Below are positions 53,561 through 64,000 of a stretch of 64,000 bases of DNA, piece after piece. The stretch is taken from NCBI RefSeq assembly GCF_009914755.1, contig NC_060946.1; one strand, given 5' to 3'. The notes beneath the pieces were generated by a model. It was not told the origin of the DNA. It saw nothing but the letters and a program-made list of their open reading frames with translations, and searched no databases. The stretch comes from the human T2T-CHM13v2.0 reference genome, Homo sapiens. The position numbers and the translations under genes were made by a program. How positions within the stretch are numbered: the stretch's first letter is position 1; every line of letters starts with the position of its first letter.

Positions 53561-56500
53561 ATGGTCCATGGGCAATGAGGGATGGAGGACAGTTGGGGGA
53601 TGTGGTGCTATCAGGGCTAGTAGAGGATGAAGTGACATAGTGCTTGCAAACCCAGAGAGCAGCGTGTGGCAGAGGAGCGGCCCGAGGGCAGCTGGTCTCT
53701 AATATTGCTGTTAAACCTCTCCATTAACCTAGAAGATCAAGGAATTTCTAGAACGGAGAAACACCTAGCCTTGATGCCTAGAACCTCTCCTCCCAAAAGA
53801 AAAGGGGAAGAGTGACAGTGCTTCAAAAATGTGCTAGGGGAGAGAGAGGGCAGCCCAATATTCTCCTGGTTATTTTTCAAATCTGCAATGCCACCCGCTG
53901 TGGACAGCCCCGCCAGGGCACCCTGGAAAGAGCAAATGGCCCCCATCTGCAGCACCATGAATCAGGCCCTGGTCATGGAAGCAGGGTCCACAAACAAAAA
54001 TAAACCAGCGGTCCACAGGAAATAAACCAGCGGTGCCAGGATGTCATGGTGAGGGATGCTGGAAGGGACACGGTGGTAATGAACCCTGCTCCGCACCTGC
54101 TCAAGTGTCAGGTAGGAATACATTAGGAATATTTATTATCAGATGGATGAAGCAAGCACAGACCACACTTTCTCAACCTAATGCGTGGAATAAATATGTG
54201 TTTGGAATAACAGCATTTCTGGGACAATCCATTCGGTCTGGGGTGGAGGGAACATGAGAGCCTCGCCCCCAGGACCACGATGGCAGAAGAGTTGGTAACA
54301 TGGGGCTGATGGCCAGGTCCACTGACCTTACTGGAGCTGCCCAAGCTTGATGGGAAGTACAGGAGTCCCGCGCCAGCCCAGCACAGCATGGAACCCACAA
54401 GTGCCCACCGTGGCCTGGGGAAGCCATTGCTCTTGTCCTAGGTCCCATGTCAAAGCCACACCCAGAGTCTCCTGTCCTGGATGAGGGTTGAATCCAGGTC
54501 CATGGACTCTTAACCCCCTGCCATTCCCCACCCCTGCATGCCCCAGGTCCTGTAGCTGGGTACGGTGGTCACACTGTGTTTGTGAGGCCAGTTCTAGCTG
54601 TCCTGTCCCCTCCAGGTGGTGTCTTGGGGGCTTAGGGGATGGGATCACCGTCCCGTGTGCACAGATGAGGCCGACCCCATGCCCTCACACCCCAGCCACA
54701 TGGCCCTAGGAGGTAAGTCCAACAGCATCTGCCAGCCAGGTGTGTGCCCATATCCAACATGGAACTAAGAACTCGGATCATCTTCCAAACAACAGAGAGG
54801 ACTGAATCGAGGGTGCTTCGAGGAATTTTACAGAACAAAAGAAAGAAAGAGAGAGGGAGGGAGGGAGGGAGGGAGGGAGACAGACTGTAACTTCTGCATC
54901 TTGACCTCCCATTGCCAAGTGGCTCTACAAACTGAGTCATCCTGAATTCAGAGAATGAGCCCCGGGGCAGGGAGACGAGAGCCTCACCCCTGTGACACCA
55001 GGCCCCCCAGGTGTGGGAGGGACAGGGGAGCCAGTCCTCCATGGAGTTTCCAGTTGAGGCAGGCCCCACCCCCAAGTCCCCGTGAGTGGGGCAGACAGGT
55101 GCTGGACTGGACCATGCACAACCTCAGGGAGAGGGCCCAGAGGGAGCAGAGGAGGCTGGGGCCCAGGGGCATAGGGCACATTCACAGAGCACCTCCTGTG
55201 CCATCCTCCCACCTGCATGCCCTATAGGGGGTAGTACAGGGGCCCTGGAAGCTCTAAGGTAGAAAGAGAGATAACCCAGAGAGCTGAAAGGAGGCAGAGG
55301 CAGGATTCAAGCCCAGATCTCTCATTGTAGGAATGAGAGGCGGCTTCCAGGAGCCTTGGGATGTGAGCTGGGGCCGGGAGACAGAGGGCGTGGGAGCTGG
55401 GTTGGGAAGGGGACAAGAGGTGACAGAGCCCCACCTTGGACCATGTTGGAGTGAGTGTATGCAGCAACCCGACCTCCACCCCTCCACTCGGAGCCACACC
55501 CACTCTGCGTGTCCTCCCAGCCTGCAGTGTAACCAGACCCTGAAGGGGCTGCTGTGCCCCAGGGACTTGCACTAAGGACGGAGTAAGAAGTATACGTCAG
55601 AGGGTCTCTCATCCAGGAAAACCAGGTTGTATATCTCACCAGCTACACACACTGCAGGCCCTATAGAAGGAAGTGGCAGGAGAGGGGACAGGTCTCCTCC
55701 CTCCCCAACACAGGGGGATCCCAACCCAGAGGGCCCAGGGGAGGTGGGAGGCATCACCAACTCCCAGTCCACACAGCTGCCTCCTGAGACAGGCGAGTCT
55801 GCATCCGCAAATAAAAAGGGCTGAGAAACATACCTTGCTTTCCCTGCAGCCAACCCCAGGGCTCCCCCAGGCGGCAGGGCAGGCAGATGCAATGGGCCCA
55901 TGAGGACACCTTTCCAGGACAGTTGGTCACTTTCAGCCTTTCCCTTGCCTGCCCCTTTCAGATTAAGGATGGTGCCCACCTACTTTGCTGAGCCAGAGGG
56001 GCCCATTTGATAGAGAGAGGTAGATGGTAGTGTTGGCGAACAAACCTTTCCGCAAGGCCTTGGGGCCCCCACAGCCCCTGGGAGGGCGGCCCATCTATGC
56101 GGCCCGAGCCCGCCCAACTTCTGTGAGGGCCCCACGGTGAACCCATGAGTAACCCGCCCAGCCTGCACCTACCTCCCTGGAGCCTCCCCAACTCCTGTGA
56201 GGGCCCCATGAGTAACCGGCCCACAAGCCAGGGCCGCTCAGGGGTGCCTGCCCAGCCCCCAGACCCTCCAGTCAGTGTTCAGGGACGTTGTCTGGCACTT
56301 TGCTCCTCCCGCGTTGGCTCAGCTACAGAAACACTGTTACCGTGGCCGAGCCGCAGCCTGGATGCAGCTCATCCTGAAAAGAACCCCTTGCTGACGGCTT
56401 CGTTAAGAGGAGACTGGACACCCTTCTGAGCCAGGCATGGCCACAGAGGTGTAGGAAGCCAAGGCCATCTTACAGGCTGGATAACTGGGGGCTCCAAGAG

Positions 56501-56749
56501 GGACCCACATGGAGGGGAGCTCCCACCCTGATCCTCTCCAGATCTGCAGAGGCCTCAGACTTCAGGGTCATGGAAGACCCCCAAAGTGTTGTCTGAAACA
56601 GGCTCAGTGCCCTGAGTTTCCAAGGGATACGCCTGCGGTAGGATGAGGGGTATCTGTAGGATGCTGTTCCCCCTTGGGGTGGGGGGGCTTCTCCAACGAG
56701 CACTCAGCCCCAGTACAGAAACAGGGACACAGTGTGTCCATCAGCTCCT

Positions 56750-56900
56750 TGGAGTCTGCATTTCCCGCCCCTGGGAGTCCGCGTGTCCCACCCCCCAGGG
56801 AGTCCGCATTTTCCCATGCCCCCGGGGAGTCTGCATTTCCCATGCCCCCAGGAGTCTGCGTTTCCCGCCCCCCCCCCCCGGGAGTCTGCATTTCCTGCCC
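56750..56900. repeat. Short minisatellite, ~25-bp unit, ~6 copies
   Basis: ggagtc(t/c)gc(a/g)tttccc.gcccc. Confidence 0.85.
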
Positions 56901-56943
56901 CTGGACATCATGGGCTGTGTCCAGAACATCCCTCTCAGAACTT

Positions 56944-57250
<307 letters not shown>

Positions 57251-59343
57251 CTCTCCCAGCAGCTGGGGACACCCAAGACTGCACTGAGCCCCTTGGCCAC
57301 GGCCCCTCCAGTCCCTGAAAACTTCCCCGTCTTCATCCACTGCAAGTAGACAGCACGCACGCCTCCCGGCCACCCCATCCACGACACGCTGACCCATGGA
57401 GTCCCCAACATCTGCTCCTTGGGTTGGAGGGCACGGCAGCAAAGCAGCAGGTTTAATTAATCACACTGAACTCAGCCGCTGGTGACCCCAGGCACAGCCA
57501 GGGAGGGCACTGGGGGACAGGCAGCCGAGAGAGTCACCTGCCACCTTCTTCTCTCCCCATCATGGGAGACAGGAGCTGATTAAAATGCACATGATTTATT
57601 GGGATTTATTGGAAAGGGGCCTGTCATCTATTAATTTACCATCTTAGTTTCCATCAGGGACACTTTTTCTACTTCTGCAGATAATCAGGGAGAAGATTTC
57701 TTGCAAAGGGTGGTCTTGACCCCTGCAAGACACGGTTTCCCAGGCGAACATCCTAAATGGGGTAATTAGAGCTGAGAATCGCAAATATCCATCCTCTAAA
57801 CTGAATAAAAATGGAAATACGGCACTGAGGCATCATTATGTGCTCATCGAGTGAAATCCGGTTCCCCGCATCCATTAACCCTTTGTTGTGTGGCCCTCCC
57901 GCGCGGCACGGAGGCCAGCGCTGGGTACGTCTGTCGCCGAGTGATGAATGAGCTGTCCATCCAGCCGCCTGACGGTTTGACCTTTATTCAGCTAAAAGCA
58001 CGGGGGCTCCTGGTGTTAAGTGGATGCCACTCCAGGATGAAATTGATCCAGAGTAAGCATCTTTGTAGTTGTCTTAGATAACTTGATGGGAAATGTACTC
58101 TCAGCTCAAGGGTAAGTTAACAAAGCCCAATGCAAATACCAACAGTCTTTTCCCCCAACTGATTTGCTTTAACGCAGAGCTACACTGTCTACCTCACTAA
58201 AAAAACTCAGGCTCTTGGACACACCAAGGCCTTCCACCGGACTAAAGGGAAAGACCACGAACCATCACACAAGCAGTGCTCTGGAGGCGCTCAGGCGGAC
58301 TCGAACACCTTCGTGTTAATGCAGTTCCACACAACAGTGAATTTGAACCTCGAAAAAATACACTGAAGTTGTTAAGAATGCTTTGGAAAAAATGAATGGG
58401 GAAGGACCTTGTCCCACAGAAACTAAACACAGTGCTGGGACTACTCCAGATAAGGGAAGGCAAGTGAGACGCACGCACGGCCCTTTCCTTGACCAACAAT
58501 CCTAGAAAGGGGATTAAACAGACTGAACGACGCCGGGGGCTCCCAGTGCACAAAGGTGGCCAGAGGAGTCCATTCGGATGAGCGTCCGCTGGAAAGAGGG
58601 TGCCACCAGCTCTGCGGCTCTGTGTGTGGAGAAGGGTGGAGGAAAACCACAACCTTTCTGGGTGAAAGAGTCAGAGGTGAGCATTCAGGGTGCAGGAGCA
58701 TGGTGAGGAATACCTAGGGAGCCGCAGAGTGAGATCCAAATTCTGGGCATAAACCCAGCCCGACCCACAGCTGCACTGTACGGAAGACACCTGGGGCCGG
58801 CGGCAACGCAGGCGAGGCCAGGAGAAGCTCACTCCTGGGAGGAGAGCCTCACAGGCCAGACCCGCGAGTCAGCTGCTGTGTTGAACCAAGCACATCCCCT
58901 GGCTGAGACGCTGAGAGAGCAGAAACCACAGGCATGAAGAATCCAGTGGGAAGGCTAGGCCCATGTCTGCCCAGTTTCACAGGCAGCGGGGAGAGCATCA
59001 GGAGCCGGGCTAAAGAGAAGGGCAGCCCCAAGGCGCCACCAAGGCCGAGCGGGGACGAAACGGCCCCCTGGAGCCAGGAACACCAAGTCTGCAGAGTGAA
59101 TCCGGAACAGCTCACCACCTACCAAGCAAAACGAAAAACCACCCCCAGGAAAACACAAGGAAATTCAGTCACTAGAACGCATTCCCTACAGCGTCAGCTT
59201 TTTACCCCAGAATTGTCAGACAACAGGAAGTGTTGACCCACAGTCAGGAAAAAAGGCAGCTGATAGACATTGACTTCAAGTGGACCCAAATGGTGAATTT
59301 AGCAAAAGAAGCCATCAAAGCAACTGTTATAAATACGTTCTTA

Positions 59344-59645
<302 letters not shown>

Positions 59646-59880
59646 TATATCCAAATAATAAAACATGTATAAGTACAGGAAAATATTATATCAATGAATA
59701 AATGGGAAATCTCAACAGAGAAATGAAAACTAGAGAAAATGGATGGCAATTCTAGAAGTGGAAACTGCAATAAATGAAGCAGAAATTTACTAGACAGCCT
59801 TGACATCACTTTGGAGGTGGCCAAGGAAAATAAACTTGAGAACACAGCAATAGAATTTGCTGGATTCAAAATGAAGAGAA

Positions 59881-60348
<468 letters not shown>

Positions 60349-60464
60349 TTAACTTACAGACACAAAAAGTTCAACAAACCCCAAGCAGGATAAACAGGGG
60401 AAAGAAACAGTCCTGGATACATCTTGCCAACTTCTAAAAATCAAAGATAAAAAGACCATTTTGA

Positions 60465-60827
<363 letters not shown>

Positions 60828-60914
60828 TCACAGGAGATTCTCACCGAATGAAGGAGACCCAAAGTGGGAAAAATACTAAGTCAATTGTTAGCAAATGGAA
60901 TTATTTAAAAATCT

Positions 60915-61238
<324 letters not shown>

Positions 61239-61306
61239 CAGAAGGCTTTGCCCCTGTGTCAGAAAACCTATAGGAATATTCCACTACAGTAGCAGATGAA
61301 AGAGAC

Positions 61307-62159
<853 letters not shown>

Positions 62160-63374
62160 AGCTCAACAGATTGGAAGAAAAAAAAAAGGGGGCATAAACA
62201 ATGTTTCCACAACCACTAATTAGGAAAACCTCTTAGCAAGCTAGAAACAGAAAGAAATTGCCTAAATGGACACAGAAGAACTACCAAAACCTAGAGGAAA
62301 CTGCTTGCTTGCTAGAGAAATTTTGTAAGAATTTCCATAAAAATCAGAATCACGATAAGATTCTCTCTCTCTCTATCCTATAACGTTTGCTGGGTGCCAT
62401 AGCCAAGACAGTTAGAAAAGCAAAGTAACTGAGAGGTATAAGAATTAAAAAAAAAAAAAAAAAAAAGAAATGCTTTCAGGTGCTGTAATGATCTGTATAA
62501 ACAATCCAAATTACCAGAACTACTTGAACAATTAGCAGAACTAACCACCTTTGGTCAGGTGCTAGGAATGAAAGAGCCCAGAGGCAGCTCAGCACTCATC
62601 TGAGAGGCAGACGTGATGGCGTCGGGCTCAGGGGATGGGGTGCTGAGGCTCCGCAAACAGCAAAGTTAAAAAGCAGATCTCTGCCTCCTCCTGTACACAG
62701 AATTAAATTCTGCGTATCAAAAAAATCTTTAAGACTAGTAAATAAATCTTTAAGACTAGTAAGAGAATATCTTAAATCATGGGATAGGGAGGGATTTCTT
62801 CAAACAAAACAAATAAAATATCCTAGAGAAAAAGATTCCATACCTCTAACTCTACATTTGAAGTTTTTTCTGACAAACAACCACACCATTTGTTCTAAAA
62901 AACGAGCCATTGACTGGGAGAAATTTTGCAATACACACAACATAAACAGGACTAATATCCAGATATATGTGGAATTCCTGCAAAGAAATAAGTGAAAGAA
63001 AAACAACCCTAAAATCTGGCCAGATGAACAGGCAAACTGCAGAAGAGGAGACCCCAATAGCTAAAATAAAAATCATAAGCGGCTCAGTCTGTCTATTCAT
63101 CTGAAAATCCAAAATTAAACCGCAGAGAGATGCAAATTAAGAAAACTTTCACAGCGTGACATAGGAGTGATGGGAGGATTCACAGAGCCAGGAACCCGCA
63201 CACAACTGGCTTGAGCGTCCACTGGGGCGATGACCTCCAAGATCCTGGCCAGCACCCGAGCAGTGTTTGCTGGGAGCACGCACACCTCCAGCCCAGGAAC
63301 TTTCCTCCCAGATGTACCCCCTGGAGCTCTGCTGGGTAAAGTGTGGCCCAGGGACCAGTGTCGGAATCTGCATA

Positions 63375-63538
63375 TCAACAGGGTCTGCGGTCGCTCGCGA
63401 GGGTGACACCTGGGGAGGCCGCCCAGAGATCCTGCCCCCGAGCTCCGTGAGACACGTCAACAGGGTCTGCAGTCGCTTGTGAGTGCAACACCTGGGGAGG
63501 CCGCATAGAGACCCTGCCGCTGAGCTCCGTGAGACACA
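63375..63538. repeat. 2-copy tandem duplication, 82-bp unit
   Basis: tcaacagggtctgc.gtcgct...acacctggggaggccgc...gagctccgtgagacac at 63375 and 63457. Confidence 0.9.
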
Positions 63539-64000
63539 CACCGTCACATGTACTCCAGCCTCGTCTGCGACTAGAAACAGAGAACCCTGCACATCTGCAA
63601 GGCACAGAAATTAACGCTGGTGCCTTCATATTGTGCAATAACAAACTGCGGTTAACCTGAATGAAGCCGACCTATAGAATCAAAAAGATAGTTCTGGAAA
63701 ACATAAAAGAGCAAGTTGTAGCACATGACGTTTTACAAAGATTAAAACAGCATTCACCCAAAAGATGGCCAGTCACCCACGGCCGCACAGGTACAGTGTG
63801 GACGTGCAGCAGAGCCAAGGACGGGGCACCTGGCAGCCAGAGGGACAGGCACGTCTTAGGAGGAAAGGTCTGCGGTGCTCCTTTCTTTAAAAAGAAATAG
63901 AAACGATCTGAGGCAAATATGGCATCGGGTTTCCCTCCACTCATTTATACTCCTCTGGGATTTAATTTTCAAATTAATAAGCAAACAAGACAGGTGAAAT

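Overview
Eukaryotic, almost certainly human or primate, genomic DNA. It is GC-rich, non-coding and subtelomere-like, with about 10 Alu/FRAM elements, several ERV/MaLR solo LTRs, old L1 and MIR fragments, two CpG islands and an unusually high density of tandem repeats at every stage, from 2-copy duplications to kb-scale minisatellites with higher-order structure. I found no convincing protein-coding gene: the long ORFs come from simple repeats, VNTRs, Alus or GC-rich stop-poor sequence. Minus-strand peptides at ~31.2-32.7 kb resemble my recollection of the putative C21orf136/LINC00322 product. That would place the window on 21q22.3 between CRYAA and SIK1, but this is recall and needs BLAT. I see no evidence of a novel multi-gene system. 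The best leads are: (i) a 38-bp VNTR that is an array of 5' splice-donor motifs, with one unit converted to a canonical AAG|GTAAG; (ii) minisatellites with higher-order repeat structure next to CpG islands; (iii) AT-rich homeobox-motif islands, including a PBX-HOX+MEIS cassette; and (iv) visible AT-to-GC erosion of old transposons, including an Alu whose A-tail is replaced by a GC tract. Repeat subfamily names come from remembered consensus sequences and coordinates were read by eye.
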